From the NCBI GenBank assembly GCA_034439575.1, contig JAWXAQ010000005.1, forward strand, positions 1 to 64,000: a DNA stretch of 64,000 nt, given 5' to 3'. Each line of letters starts with the position of its first letter. The stretch's first letter is position 1. Under the pieces are notes generated by a model that made no database searches, had not been told where the DNA came from, and worked only from the letters and a program-made list of their open reading frames with translations. Positions 30,555 through 41,315 of the stretch are shown piece after piece. The position numbers and the translations under genes were made by a program. Origin of the DNA: Leptospira sp. Its GTDB lineage: Bacteria > Spirochaetota > Leptospiria > Leptospirales > Leptospiraceae.

Positions 30555-32150
30555 ATGGGCATTCCGTTCATCGAAAAAATGATTTATCCAAAACAATTTC
30601 CATCGCATACACGAGATATTTCCAGTGAGCACCATTTTTACCGAAGATTTGAAAGGGAAATGGATGGAGAACAAAATGTATACTATTCTGTGACACTCAT
30701 TACACCAGATGTCCCGATGCGCGAAATTGATTTTGTAGTCGTAAGTCCTTACGGAATTGTCTGCATCGAATTGAAAAATGGTCGTTGGAAATTAAATCGA
30801 GGTAAATGGCAATTTTATAATGTAAGAGAACGCGAATGGAACTATGTAGAAGGGAAATCCTATGACGGTCCCGTATCGCAATCCAGTTCCCAAATAACAT
30901 TACTTAAAGAGTTTTTAAAAAATCATAATGGACTAGAAGATTTTTTTCCAGATTCCTATTATGATGCAGCAATCTTCTTTCTTAAAAATAATAAAAATGA
31001 TTTTTATCTAAAAGATAGAAACGCTCCTTGGATTTTTGGCAAGGAAGATTTAGAAAATGAAAGTATTTCCCTCCAAGAAATTATTAATAAAATACAAGAT
31101 ATAAATCATCGAGAGCCTCTTGATAAAAAAATTATACAATCAATTCACGATGTCCTTGTAAAAAATCTTAACTTTATCTCAGGCATTACAAAAAGAACCA
31201 AACAAAATGATGAACGTTTGGTATCCCTCACGAAAGAACAATTTTCCCTCATTTCAAGCATCATACAAACAGAAAGATCTATGGTCTTTGGAGTTTCTGG
31301 ATCTGGAAAATCACTGTTAGCTGGTGAATTAAGTTTAAAATTATCTGAACAAAATCAAAAAACACTTATTTGGCAAGGTTCCCTCTCTCTTTATCAATTA
31401 TGGAAAAATGAAATTGATGTTATGGATGAAAGACATCGACCGATGATCATTCATAATATAGAAGACATAGCACATTTAAACTATGAATATCTAGTGATGG
31501 ATCAAATTGATGATTGGATCATAAATCATGATCTGAAAGATTTACTTTTTTACATTCCTGAAATTTTTTGGAAAAAACAAAAATGGAGTCTATTCTTAAA
31601 TCGAAAACTCAAATCTTCATCAAACCCAATTCTTAATTTTTTAGAAACAAATGTTCAAAAATCTTGGGATATTTTGAGAAATATTAGAAATTCTCCAGAA
31701 ATTGCAAATTTTGCGAATTTGATTAATGCGGGTGATGGAGGCGATTCAGTTTTAGAGACATTAACAGATGTTCAATTAGTTTCCATGACAAATAGTGACA
31801 GCATTATCGAAAAATTAAAATGGTGTTTTGGTTATGCGAAAAAAATTCTCGACCTTGTTACAGAAGATATCATTGTATTATGCCCTAATGAAGAATATAA
31901 AACACAAAATCCCGAATTATTATTATTTTTAAAGGAACATGCAGTGACACTCGTTACGCTAGAAGAATATTCTGGTTTAGAAGAAAGTTGCGGTATGATA
32001 CTTGGTTTTGCAAATTGGAACACACAAAAAACAAAAAATGATATCTCTGAAGCCGTATTGCACTTCAGAGACCTAGTCTGTATTTTGTATGATGAAAAGG
32101 AAGAAACCTCCATCAAACAAGCATTAGAAAAAAAAGGCTCTGGCCCGTAA
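30555..32150 (+). CDS. NERD nuclease domain fused to a degenerate P-loop helicase-like domain
   Basis: EIDFVVVSPYGIVCIELKN (NERD); Walker A GVSGSGKS; NIRNSPEI; Walker B region MDQID. Confidence 0.75.
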   Translation: MGIPFIEKMIYPKQFPSHTRDISSEHHFYRRFEREMDGEQNVYYSVTLITPDVPMREIDFVVVSPYGIVCIELKNGRWKLNRGKWQFYNVREREWNYVEGKSYDGPVSQSSSQITLLKEFLKNHNGLEDFFPDSYYDAAIFFLKNNKNDFYLKDRNAPWIFGKEDLENESISLQEIINKIQDINHREPLDKKIIQSIHDVLVKNLNFISGITKRTKQNDERLVSLTKEQFSLISSIIQTERSMVFGVSGSGKSLLAGELSLKLSEQNQKTLIWQGSLSLYQLWKNEIDVMDERHRPMIIHNIEDIAHLNYEYLVMDQIDDWIINHDLKDLLFYIPEIFWKKQKWSLFLNRKLKSSSNPILNFLETNVQKSWDILRNIRNSPEIANFANLINAGDGGDSVLETLTDVQLVSMTNSDSIIEKLKWCFGYAKKILDLVTEDIIVLCPNEEYKTQNPELLLFLKEHAVTLVTLEEYSGLEESCGMILGFANWNTQKTKNDISEAVLHFRDLVCILYDEKEETSIKQALEKKGSGP

Positions 32151-32492
32151 GCCGGATTCTGTTTTATGCGATCATCTATCTTATGCTCTCTACCCACAAC
32201 CTGGCGGGACAGCTCATAACGGTTGCTTACTTGAGATTGCACATCGGAGGGTTTACCTTGCCTTATTTTTTACAAAATAAGCGGTGGGCTCTTACCCCAC
32301 CATTTCACCCTTACCAAATTCCAAGTTTTAAAATTGGAATTTGGCAGTATTTTTTCTGTTGCACTTTCCGTATACGATCGGTCACCCTTTCGCATCCCGA
32401 GTGTTACTCGGTCCGATTGTCCCCTAGTGTCCGGACTTTCCTCCCCTTTATTTATAATATTATATTTAAAGAGGCGATCGCTCAGCCAGAGC
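32137..32492 (-). ncRNA. rnpB: RNase P RNA
   Basis: Minus strand contains GAGGAAAGTCCGG and ACAGAATCCGGCTTA; P1 helix GCTCTGGCT/GGCCAGAGC closes the ends; T-run follows. Confidence 0.96.
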
Positions 32493-32590
32493 TAAGACTA
32501 TTTTTTTTAAATAATTTTGTGAGTCGAGACGATTAAACACTTGGAAATGGCATGATCTATGCAATGATATGTATATTAGCGAGCTTATAA

Positions 32591-33046
32591 ATGAAAATTA
32601 GAAGATTCAACATGCAGATTGCACTTTTACTCGGAGTTTCGCTTAATTTGTACGCAGTCCCTGTGGAAGACAAAGCCATAGACGAGATTCTGAATGAAGT
32701 TCGTTTGTCCCGCATTCCCAAAATTATTGAAGTTTTGGAAGAAAAAGGGAACAAAGCTCTACAAATTGATGATTTGAAAAATGCCAAAGAGTATTTGCGA
32801 AAGGCATTGGTTTTAAAACAATCCATCGGAATGAAAGATACCGAAGGTAGTGCCAGCATCATCACAAAAATTTCGAAAATCGAAACCAAACTTGGAAATA
32901 ACTGCGAAGCAACAAAACTATCCAAATTGGCCAAAAGAATCTATCGTCAAATCGGCGTTAACTTCGGAGCCGTTTCCTTTGAAGAAACACCGGTAAAACC
33001 CGAAGCAACCAATTGCCCTGAAAATCTTACTTGGCTTAAAGACTAA
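32591..33046 (+). CDS. Secreted TPR-like hypothetical protein
   Basis: Signal peptide; AKEYLRKAL and AKRIY TPR-like helices. Confidence 0.6.
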   Translation: MKIRRFNMQIALLLGVSLNLYAVPVEDKAIDEILNEVRLSRIPKIIEVLEEKGNKALQIDDLKNAKEYLRKALVLKQSIGMKDTEGSASIITKISKIETKLGNNCEATKLSKLAKRIYRQIGVNFGAVSFEETPVKPEATNCPENLTWLKD

Positions 33047-33444
33047 GATTCTTTTTTCTTAAAGCCAAGAGAGAGAGAATTCACACAATACCGAAGCCCA
33101 GTCGGTTTTGGGCCATCTGGAAACACATGACCTAAATGAGAACCACACTTACTACAATGAATTTCCGTTCGACGCATACCAATGGTCTCATCAACTTCTT
33201 CCTCGATAGCATCTTTGGATACGGCTTGGAAGTAACTCGGCCAGCCACTCCCCGATTCATATTTTGCCTGGGAACTAAATAGTTCCTGCCCACAACAAAT
33301 ACAGAGATAAGTACCTTCCTCCAAATGTTGGTAGTATTCACCAGAAAAAGGTCTTTCTGTCCCTTTATTTTGGGTCACATGGAACGCCAAAGGAGAAAGG
33401 CGTTTTTTCAGTTCTTCTTCTTCGAGTTTGATCTTGTCTTTCAT
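33043..33444 (-). CDS. msrB: Peptide-methionine (R)-S-oxide reductase
   Basis: GTERPF, CICC, GSGWPSY, CSKCGSHLGHVF, RYCVNS. Confidence 0.96.
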   Translation of the reverse strand: MKDKIKLEEEELKKRLSPLAFHVTQNKGTERPFSGEYYQHLEEGTYLCICCGQELFSSQAKYESGSGWPSYFQAVSKDAIEEEVDETIGMRRTEIHCSKCGSHLGHVFPDGPKPTGLRYCVNSLSLGFKKKES

Positions 33445-33548
33445 TTTGTTTTAGACACTATTTAAGAATTTTGTTTCAGAAGAATCCACCCCTTTTTCGT
33501 GACTGACAGGAAGGCCCCTCGTCTTGAATTTGAAATAAGTATCAGATT

Positions 33549-34403
33549 ATGATTCCCGAATTTCATTTATTCCACGACATTCGCAAGGAAAGACCCAAAG
33601 ACGAGCTTCCCAATTTGTTTACGTGGAATACTTGCCAGAGAACCCTTCGCTTTAGTTTTAAAGATCTTTCGGAGAATCACTCAGAGGATATCGGAGAGCA
33701 CATTACTGGGATTCATGCCTTCGCACTACTTCTTGAAATCGTATGTGGTCTGCACTCTCGCCTTTTTTGCGAAACAGAAATTCTGAGCCAATTTTTAGAT
33801 CGATTCAAAGATTCTAAATTTGAAGAAAATTCCGACAAAGAAAAGATACTTTATTTAAGAGATCTGACTAGTAAGTTTGTGAGTGTAATACGTGAAAAAC
33901 ATATCAATCCCATCTTACTTACATCATATGGCCAATTATTAAAAAAATATATTTCGATAAATAACAAAATAACCATTTTTGGAACAGGAAATTTAACTGA
34001 GTCACTTATCTTTGATTTACAAAAACTAACTAATAACATACGCATCATTGGTAGAAATCCAACTGCCTTAAAAAATTTAAACAAAAAATATGAAGTTACA
34101 ACTCATCGCCTAGAAGAAGAATTAGAAGAGTCTGATGTTTATATCATCGCAACACCTACTTTTTCGGAAGATAAATTGAAATCTTTAATCCATCAAACTC
34201 TAGTTATAGATTTCCGCGAAGAATCTGAACCACATTTTTTTAAAACAGAGAATTATCTTACGATTCACGATCTATTAAAAAATCAAGAACTTACTGCCAA
34301 AGAAATGGAAGATCTTCGTTATAAACTTTCTCTAAAGATTACGGAAGAAGTTAAAAGTTTTGCATTGGCATCATCAATGTTTGATGTTTCATCAAAGGTC
34401 TGA
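33549..34403 (+). CDS. hemA: Glutamyl-tRNA reductase-like protein, copy 1 (divergent)
   Basis: TCQR catalytic motif, CGLHSRLFCETEILSQF, FGTGNL. Confidence 0.7.
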   Translation: MIPEFHLFHDIRKERPKDELPNLFTWNTCQRTLRFSFKDLSENHSEDIGEHITGIHAFALLLEIVCGLHSRLFCETEILSQFLDRFKDSKFEENSDKEKILYLRDLTSKFVSVIREKHINPILLTSYGQLLKKYISINNKITIFGTGNLTESLIFDLQKLTNNIRIIGRNPTALKNLNKKYEVTTHRLEEELEESDVYIIATPTFSEDKLKSLIHQTLVIDFREESEPHFFKTENYLTIHDLLKNQELTAKEMEDLRYKLSLKITEEVKSFALASSMFDVSSKV

Positions 34404-34404
34404 T

Positions 34405-35928
34405 GTGGATACAATACGGATAGGTGCCAGATCTTCTACCCTGTCGAAACTCCAAGCAATTTCTGTCGGTCAAAAGTTGATCGAGAAAAATCAAAATTTG
34501 AAAATCGAATATTTCTTTCGTGAAACCTTGGGAGATAAAAATTTAGAAGCCCCCTTACAAAGTTTAAGTGGCCAAGGTGTTTTTACTCGCGAATTAGAAG
34601 ATGATTTACACACAAATAAAATAGATCTCATCGTTCATTCATGGAAAGATTTGGATTTAGAAGAAAGGCCAGGAAGTAGTATATTCTCTGTTTTGCCAAG
34701 AGCTGACCAAAGGGATCTAATACTTTTCAAACCAGAAATAAAAACATGTTCAGAAATCCAGATTCTAAGTTCATCACCCAGAAGAACGTACCAATTACAT
34801 TCTTTTTTGAAAGATCACCTTCCGCTATCGTTGCGATCAAAAGATATAAATTTTGTTTCGGTACGAGGGAATATACAAACGCGTCTTAAAAAATTCTTTA
34901 ATTCAGAATCTACGGGAATCGTCATCGCAAAAGCTGCTATCGATCGTTTGCTGACTCCTATTCTTTTAAAAGAATATAAGGAAGAGTTTCTCCGCACATC
35001 AGAATTTGTAAGGGAGTCATTAAATCAATGTTTGTTTATCATTCCTCCACTTTCCATTTGTCCCAATGCACCAGCGCAAGGTACTTTGGCCGCACAAATT
35101 AGAGAAAATGATGAGAAATTAGCTAATTATCTCAAAGAAATTCAGGATATGGAAACAGAAACTTGTTCTGTCAAAGAAAGAGAAGCGCTTAGAAAATATG
35201 GAGGCGGTTGTCATCAAAAAATCGGAGTGAGTTATCTGATTCGTCCATACGGGACCATTGAATACACCAATGGTGAAACGGAGGACAATATACAAATTTC
35301 AGAGCGCAGAATTTTAAATACAAAGATTCAAAAATTTCACAGATCAGAAGTTTGGCCACCTAATGCAAAGATGGCGGGAAGGCAAAGAGAAAGATTAGAT
35401 TTTAAAATTCCTCCAAATTCCAATTTTTTTGTAGGAAGGGGTTATGCTTTTCCATCCGATTTAATCATACATTCCCCAAAACAAATTATATGGACAGCGG
35501 GCCTTACCACTTGGAAAGATTTAGCAAATAGGGATGTCTGGGTAAATGGAACAGTCGATGGTCTCGGTGAAGCGGAACCAATTGGCATAGATACTATGTT
35601 AGGCTATAAAGCAAATTTTGTAAAACTCTCACATGCAGACTCTGATTCTAATTTTAGTCAATACCCTCTTATTTCTACATACCGAGTTTCTTCCCCTGAA
35701 ATTCCTTCCGATTTTGATCCTTCGAAAATCAAAGCCGCTTTTTGGCGAAGTAGCACGGAATACGAAATCATTACAAAAAAATATCCCGAACTTAAAAGTG
35801 TGATTCATTTTGTCGGTCCCGGTTCCACATATACTAAACTAAAGCGAGAATTAGGTAAACAAGCAGAATCCAGGATATTCGTATCTCTTTCCTATGAAGA
35901 CTGGCATGCAGAAAATACTTATGAATAA
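34405..35928 (+). CDS. hemC: Hydroxymethylbilane synthase with long C-terminal (HemD-like) extension, copy 1
   Basis: IGARSSTLS, HSWKDL, SSSPRR, VRGNIQTRL, GGGCHQ; GTG start at 34405 after AAAGG. Confidence 0.85.
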   Translation: MDTIRIGARSSTLSKLQAISVGQKLIEKNQNLKIEYFFRETLGDKNLEAPLQSLSGQGVFTRELEDDLHTNKIDLIVHSWKDLDLEERPGSSIFSVLPRADQRDLILFKPEIKTCSEIQILSSSPRRTYQLHSFLKDHLPLSLRSKDINFVSVRGNIQTRLKKFFNSESTGIVIAKAAIDRLLTPILLKEYKEEFLRTSEFVRESLNQCLFIIPPLSICPNAPAQGTLAAQIRENDEKLANYLKEIQDMETETCSVKEREALRKYGGGCHQKIGVSYLIRPYGTIEYTNGETEDNIQISERRILNTKIQKFHRSEVWPPNAKMAGRQRERLDFKIPPNSNFFVGRGYAFPSDLIIHSPKQIIWTAGLTTWKDLANRDVWVNGTVDGLGEAEPIGIDTMLGYKANFVKLSHADSDSNFSQYPLISTYRVSSPEIPSDFDPSKIKAAFWRSSTEYEIITKKYPELKSVIHFVGPGSTYTKLKRELGKQAESRIFVSLSYEDWHAENTYE

Positions 35929-35936
35929 ATTCGAAA

Positions 35937-35977
35937 TGACAGTCCTGTGACACAGGGGAAAAAAAATTTAGTATAAT
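35937..35977 (+). promoter_or_regulatory. HemR-type box (TGACA-N6-TGACA) and sigma70 -10 element
   Basis: TGACA-GTCCTG-TGACA at 35937-35952; TATAAT at 35972-35977, 6 nt before the hemA copy 2 ATG. Confidence 0.75.
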
Positions 35978-35983
35978 TAGATT

Positions 35984-36868
35984 ATGTGGTCTAGTTTGGT
36001 ATTAGTACATAATGATCATGAAAATAGAATAAAAACAGAATTTCCTAATTTTGTATCATGGCATACTTGTATGCGATCTATATATCTAAGCGATGAACGT
36101 TTGCTAAGCGTTGATATCAAAAATAGATTCTCAGATGAATACCAAATTTTTTATGGTTACGATGCCTATTCTTTTTTGATTCAAATTGTATGTGGACTTC
36201 ATTCTAAACTTTTCGGTGAATCCGAAATCCAAGCACAATTCTGTGATTCATTTTCTAAAGAAAAATTGCCCGATAATTCTTTATCCGCATTTTTACTAAA
36301 ACTTCGTGATCAAATATTAGAACATACGAAAATTGTAAGAACTAAATTTTTGATTGGAATCGGAAAACAAAGTTATGGTAGTTTAACAGAAAAATACATT
36401 TCAAAATACAATCGTATAGATTTGATTGGCACTGGAAATTTGGCTGAATCCTTATTGCCCTATCTCAAAACTAAAAATAGGCAGGTTAATGTTTTCGGAA
36501 GAAACAAAACACGTTTAAACTCATTAAAAGAAATATTCAATATCCAGACTTTTGATCTCGAAGACTACATTCCAAATCCAAATCCTGTTATCATTGCGGT
36601 AACTGACATGGATGAAAATAAAACTAAACTTTTTCATCTATCAAATTGTATCATTGATTTTAGAGAAAATTCAAAAACAAACTCTTTAGTCAAATTGAAA
36701 AAATATATTCCATTCACTACTCTCTTAGGTTCGATTCGGGAAACAAACATTCTGATCCGAGAATTAAAACCAAAAATCGAATTATTAATCGCTGATTTGA
36801 CTGAATTAAGGCAAGATGAACAGACTCATTTCATGAATGGTTGGGAAGATCTAACACACGCATGCTGA
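35984..36868 (+). CDS. hemA: Glutamyl-tRNA reductase, copy 2
   Basis: TCMR, CGLHSKLFGESEIQAQF, IGTGNLA. Confidence 0.82.
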   Translation: MWSSLVLVHNDHENRIKTEFPNFVSWHTCMRSIYLSDERLLSVDIKNRFSDEYQIFYGYDAYSFLIQIVCGLHSKLFGESEIQAQFCDSFSKEKLPDNSLSAFLLKLRDQILEHTKIVRTKFLIGIGKQSYGSLTEKYISKYNRIDLIGTGNLAESLLPYLKTKNRQVNVFGRNKTRLNSLKEIFNIQTFDLEDYIPNPNPVIIAVTDMDENKTKLFHLSNCIIDFRENSKTNSLVKLKKYIPFTTLLGSIRETNILIRELKPKIELLIADLTELRQDEQTHFMNGWEDLTHAC

Positions 36869-38016
36869 TACGAATTGGTTCCAGGGCTTCTACACTGGCA
36901 AAAATACAAAGTTATTTGGTCGGGAAGGCACTCATCGAAAGTAATTCAGATATAAAAATTCAATATACTTTTTTAGAATCTCAAGGTGATAAGGATTTAG
37001 AAAGCCCCTTATGGAAAATATCTGGTCAAGGAATTTTCACTAAGGAACTCCAGGATAAATTATTTTCGAATGAAGTTGATATGATCGTACATTCATGGAA
37101 GGATTTGGATTTATTAGAAAGAGAACATACTGAAGTTATCTCTGTATTAAAAAGAGAAGATGCACGCGATATTTTGTTAGTTAAAAGAAATTACTTGAAT
37201 AGCAACATGGAAAAGATTTCCATTATGACATCTTCACCAAGGCGCGGATATAATTTAACACCATTTATACGTAAATATTTTCCTAATCCTTATTCAAATT
37301 TGGTAACAAATTTTGTTTCCGTAAGAGGAAATATTCAAACACGACTTCGAAAATTTATAGAATCAGATAATATTTGTATCATATTAGCGAAAGCGGCGCT
37401 TGATCGTTTGTTGTCCTCTAAAGATTTAGATACAGAGATTTGCGAATTAAAAGAAATACGTTCCTACATTCATTCAGTATTGCAAAAATGTTTATTTATG
37501 GTTTTACCTTTGTCCGAAAATCCAAGTGCACCCGCCCAAGGTGCCATATGTGTGGAGATTAGAAAAAAAGATGAAAAAATTCGAGAAACCTTACAGACAT
37601 TAATTGATATTGAAACGCAAAGGAATGTATCAGAAGAAAGACAAATATTAAAAAAGTATGGTGGTGGTTGTCACCAAAAAATCGGTGTTAGTGTGCTTAC
37701 TTCAAATCAAAACAAAATTCTTTCCATTAAAGGTGAGACCGATCAAGGAGAAATACTAAAATATATAGAAATAAATAGATCGAGACAAAATAAAAAAGAA
37801 TTCATTTTATCTCAAGAGTTCCAAAACCAAAAAACATTGGATAAAATTCATTACGATCCTTCTTGTCAAATCCTCTGGACGAATGATTTACCAATATGGG
37901 AAACACTTGCCAAAGAAGGGATTTGGGTTCATGGTAGTAATGAAGGATTTGGTTTTGATACAACTCACATAGATAAAATCATGCCCAATCCTCGTTCATT
38001 AATAAGTATTTCCTAA
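36862..38016 (+). CDS. hemC: Hydroxymethylbilane synthase, copy 2 (C-terminal extension truncated)
   Basis: IGSRASTLA, HSWKDL, TSSPRR, VRGNIQTRL, GGGCHQ; ATG at 36862. Confidence 0.85.
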   Translation: MLIRIGSRASTLAKIQSYLVGKALIESNSDIKIQYTFLESQGDKDLESPLWKISGQGIFTKELQDKLFSNEVDMIVHSWKDLDLLEREHTEVISVLKREDARDILLVKRNYLNSNMEKISIMTSSPRRGYNLTPFIRKYFPNPYSNLVTNFVSVRGNIQTRLRKFIESDNICIILAKAALDRLLSSKDLDTEICELKEIRSYIHSVLQKCLFMVLPLSENPSAPAQGAICVEIRKKDEKIRETLQTLIDIETQRNVSEERQILKKYGGGCHQKIGVSVLTSNQNKILSIKGETDQGEILKYIEINRSRQNKKEFILSQEFQNQKTLDKIHYDPSCQILWTNDLPIWETLAKEGIWVHGSNEGFGFDTTHIDKIMPNPRSLISIS

Positions 38017-38024
38017 CAAAATAT

Positions 38025-38981
38025 ATGACAGCACAAAACCTACGAAGAACTAAATCACATTCTACATTATTATCATTATCAGATTCGGGATCATTAAATT
38101 ACAAAAAAATGATACAACCTCTCTTTTTGGTCGAAGGAATAGATAAAAAAGAACCTTTAGCGGGACTAACAAATGTTTTCCGAGATACAGAATTTTCTAT
38201 TTTAAAACAAATTGAAGAGGATTTAAAAAATGATATTCATCAATTTATCTTATTTACGATACCCAAAGAAAAATCAGATCAAAAATTCTCATCGGAATTT
38301 TATAGTCGTACTATTGGAAAGATCAAAAAAGAATTTCCGGAAATATTTCTTTGGCTGGATACTTGCGTCTGTTCTGTGACGACACATGGTCATTGTGGAC
38401 ACTTAGATGAAAATGGAAAAATAGACAACGAAGCCTCCGTCAGTAGATTATCTAAACTTGCTCTCCTATTTGCTGAATCAGGTGCGGATGGAATCGCTCC
38501 GAGTGATATGATGGATGGAAGAGTATTAGCACATAGGAATATTCTAAATCAAAATGGTTTTTCTCATATTCCGATTATGAGTTATTCCACAAAATTTAAA
38601 AGTAATTTTTATGGACCCTTTCGAGCTGCTGCAGATTCCTCTCCCAAAATGGGTGATCGATCGTCCTACCAATTGAATATAAATGATAAAAATCAAGCGA
38701 TTCTCGCATCCATTCGTGATGCAGAAGAAGGTGCTGATTTTCTGATGCTAAAACCTGGATTGACTTCATTAGATTTGGTGGCACCGATCAAAGAAGCCAC
38801 CTTATTACCTTTAGGAGCTTTTCAAGTTAGCGGTGAATATGCGGCGATTAACTTACTAGCTGAAAATGGTTTTTTAGAAAGAAAAGATGGAATCGTAGAA
38901 ACTTGGAATGTTTTCCGAAGAGCAGGCATATCCTTTCTGATAACTTACGCGGCAAGGGAAGCTAAAAAAATATATTTATGA
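38025..38981 (+). CDS. hemB: Porphobilinogen synthase
   Basis: [12 protein letters not shown] Zn site, [26 protein letters not shown]. Confidence 0.95.
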   Translation: MTAQNLRRTKSHSTLLSLSDSGSLNYKKMIQPLFLVEGIDKKEPLAGLTNVFRDTEFSILKQIEEDLKNDIHQFILFTIPKEKSDQKFSSEFYSRTIGKIKKEFPEIFLWLDTCVCSVTTHGHCGHLDENGKIDNEASVSRLSKLALLFAESGADGIAPSDMMDGRVLAHRNILNQNGFSHIPIMSYSTKFKSNFYGPFRAAADSSPKMGDRSSYQLNINDKNQAILASIRDAEEGADFLMLKPGLTSLDLVAPIKEATLLPLGAFQVSGEYAAINLLAENGFLERKDGIVETWNVFRRAGISFLITYAAREAKKIYL

Positions 38982-40258
38982 AATCAGACGAACTTTTCGA
39001 AAGAGCCAAATTAGTTTCCCCAGGTGGAGTTCATTCACCAGTTCGATCCTTCGCATCTGTCGGCGGAAACCCTGTCTTTTTTAAATCCGCTATGGGTGCA
39101 CACCTAACTGATGTTGATGGAAAAGAATATATAGATTATTGCCAAAGTTTTGGTCCATTGTTATTTGGTCATCGTCATCCAGAGATTGCAGAAGTAGTTC
39201 GCGAAACAATTGAAACAGCGTGGTCGTTCGGTGCTTGTGAACCCTATTCACTCGCATTGGCAGAATTCATAGTTTCAAAAATTCCATTTATTGAAAAAAT
39301 CAGATTTGTTAATTCAGGAACCGAAGCTGTCATGAGCGCATTAAGAGTCGCCCGTGCAGCAACAGGTAGATCCAAAATATTAAAGTTTGATGGATGTTAT
39401 CATGGTCATTTAGATGCCTTACTTGTCAAAGCAGGATCTGGTTTAGCAGGACTTAGCTCTAGTGATAGTGCAGGAATCGGGGAAGAATTAATCCAAAATA
39501 CTCTTGTTCTCCCCTTAGATGATGATGAATCATTGATTCAACTTTTTGAAAGAGAAGGAAAAAATATTAGTGTGGTAGCTATTGAGCCTTTACCAGCTAA
39601 CTATGGATTATTGCCACAAAGGATTGAATTTTTAAAAAATATTGCGACCTTAGCAAAAAAATATGGTACCTTACTTCTGTTTGATGAAGTCATATCTGGT
39701 TTTCGAATGGGATTCCAAGGAATGGCAGGACTTCTTGGTATTGAACCGGATATAGTTTGTTATGGCAAAATCATCGGCGGTGGGTTTCCAGTGGGCGCTT
39801 ATGCAGGTAAGGCGATTTTTATGGACTTGGTCGCCCCGCAAGGTAAAGTTTACCAAGCAGGTACTCTTTCGGCAAACCCACTTGGCATGAGGGCTGGACT
39901 TGCCACTTTATCAAAAGCCTGGAAAGAAGACCCCTATCCACTTATTGCCGAATCTACAAAATTTCTCACATCAAACTTAACTTCCATAATCAATGAAAAA
40001 TCAGACTTCGAATGGGAATCTGTAAATGAAGGTTCATTATTTTGGTTAAAACAAAAAACAAATGAACAGATTCGGAAAGTCTCTTCCATCCCTAAGGGTC
40101 ATAAAGAAAATTTTGCGAAATTATTTCACGCTTTATTAAAAGAAGGAATTTATTTAGCACCTAGCGGATATGAAGTGGGATTTTTATCTACAGCCCATAC
40201 AAAAGAAATTTTATCTGAGACATTGGATAAAACAAGAACAGCTATGAAAAAATTATAA
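38978..40258 (+). CDS. hemL: Glutamate-1-semialdehyde 2,1-aminomutase
   Basis: [38 protein letters not shown]. Confidence 0.96.
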   Translation: MKSDELFERAKLVSPGGVHSPVRSFASVGGNPVFFKSAMGAHLTDVDGKEYIDYCQSFGPLLFGHRHPEIAEVVRETIETAWSFGACEPYSLALAEFIVSKIPFIEKIRFVNSGTEAVMSALRVARAATGRSKILKFDGCYHGHLDALLVKAGSGLAGLSSSDSAGIGEELIQNTLVLPLDDDESLIQLFEREGKNISVVAIEPLPANYGLLPQRIEFLKNIATLAKKYGTLLLFDEVISGFRMGFQGMAGLLGIEPDIVCYGKIIGGGFPVGAYAGKAIFMDLVAPQGKVYQAGTLSANPLGMRAGLATLSKAWKEDPYPLIAESTKFLTSNLTSIINEKSDFEWESVNEGSLFWLKQKTNEQIRKVSSIPKGHKENFAKLFHALLKEGIYLAPSGYEVGFLSTAHTKEILSETLDKTRTAMKKL

Positions 40259-40259
40259 A

Positions 40260-41315
40260 ATGCAAACAAAAACTCAATTAGAAATAATCAATCCCCGATT
40301 TTCAAACGCCATTCAACAAATACCCCAATCAATCCCACCTATATGGTTTATGCGTCAAGCTGGAAGATACCATTCCCATTATAGAAAACTTAAAGAAAAA
40401 TATTCATTTTTAGAACTTTGCAAAAAACCAGAACTCGCCGCAGAAGTAGCATTAGGTCCTGTAAAAGAATTCGGTTTTGATGTTTCTATTTTATTTTCAG
40501 ATCTTCTCTTTCCTCTGGAAGCTTTGGGAATGAATCTCGAGTATGCACCCGGACCCAAACTTTCTTTCAATATACAGAATATTAATCAAATTAATAATCT
40601 TCTCCCTATTGAAGAGGCAATTTCCAAATTAGAATTTCAAAAATCAGCCTTACAACTAACGAGAGAAATCCTTCCAAAAGATGTATCCTTAATTGGGTTT
40701 ATTGGTGGACCTTGGACTTTATTTACTTATGCCGCAGAAGGAAAACACGATGGGAATCTAAAATTTGCTAAATCACATCCAATTTTAGTTGAAGCATTTT
40801 ATGAAAAAATAATTCCTTTATTGAAAAAGAATATCACATTACAAATGGAAGGTGGAGCTGAAATAGTCATGATCTTTGATACTGCCGCAGGAGAACTTGA
40901 CTTTCATTCTTTCCACAAATATGTCATAGGGCCATTAAAATTATTATGTGAAAATTATCCTGGAAGAATTGGATATTATGCAAAGGGAACTACAGAAATA
41001 CAAATGAGTTTACTCAAATCAGTGAATGGTCTTTCGGGTTTTGGAATCGATCATAGATTTGATTTATCAAGTATGCTATTAGATCAAAATCGATATGGAT
41101 TTCTTCAAGGAAATTTTGATCAATCTTTACTATTTATGGAACGAGAGGACTTAACTAAAGCCTTAGATATATATTTAAAACCTATTCTTAGCTTATCAAA
41201 ATTAGAAAGAAAAGGATGGGTCGCAGGACTCGGACATGGTATATTGCAATTCACTCCAGAAGACAGCGTTAAATTGATAATTGATACAATCAGAGAACGA
41301 TGCGATGTTAACTAA
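40260..41315 (+). CDS. hemE: Uroporphyrinogen decarboxylase
   Basis: PIWFMRQAGRY, FSDLL, QGNFD, LGHGI. Confidence 0.95.
   Translation: MQTKTQLEIINPRFSNAIQQIPQSIPPIWFMRQAGRYHSHYRKLKEKYSFLELCKKPELAAEVALGPVKEFGFDVSILFSDLLFPLEALGMNLEYAPGPKLSFNIQNINQINNLLPIEEAISKLEFQKSALQLTREILPKDVSLIGFIGGPWTLFTYAAEGKHDGNLKFAKSHPILVEAFYEKIIPLLKKNITLQMEGGAEIVMIFDTAAGELDFHSFHKYVIGPLKLLCENYPGRIGYYAKGTTEIQMSLLKSVNGLSGFGIDHRFDLSSMLLDQNRYGFLQGNFDQSLLFMEREDLTKALDIYLKPILSLSKLERKGWVAGLGHGILQFTPEDSVKLIIDTIRERCDVN

Noticed and set aside
32183-32536. 117-aa plus-strand ORF and the overlapping minus ORF 31832-32242
   Set aside because: They overlie the RNase P RNA gene; shadow ORFs
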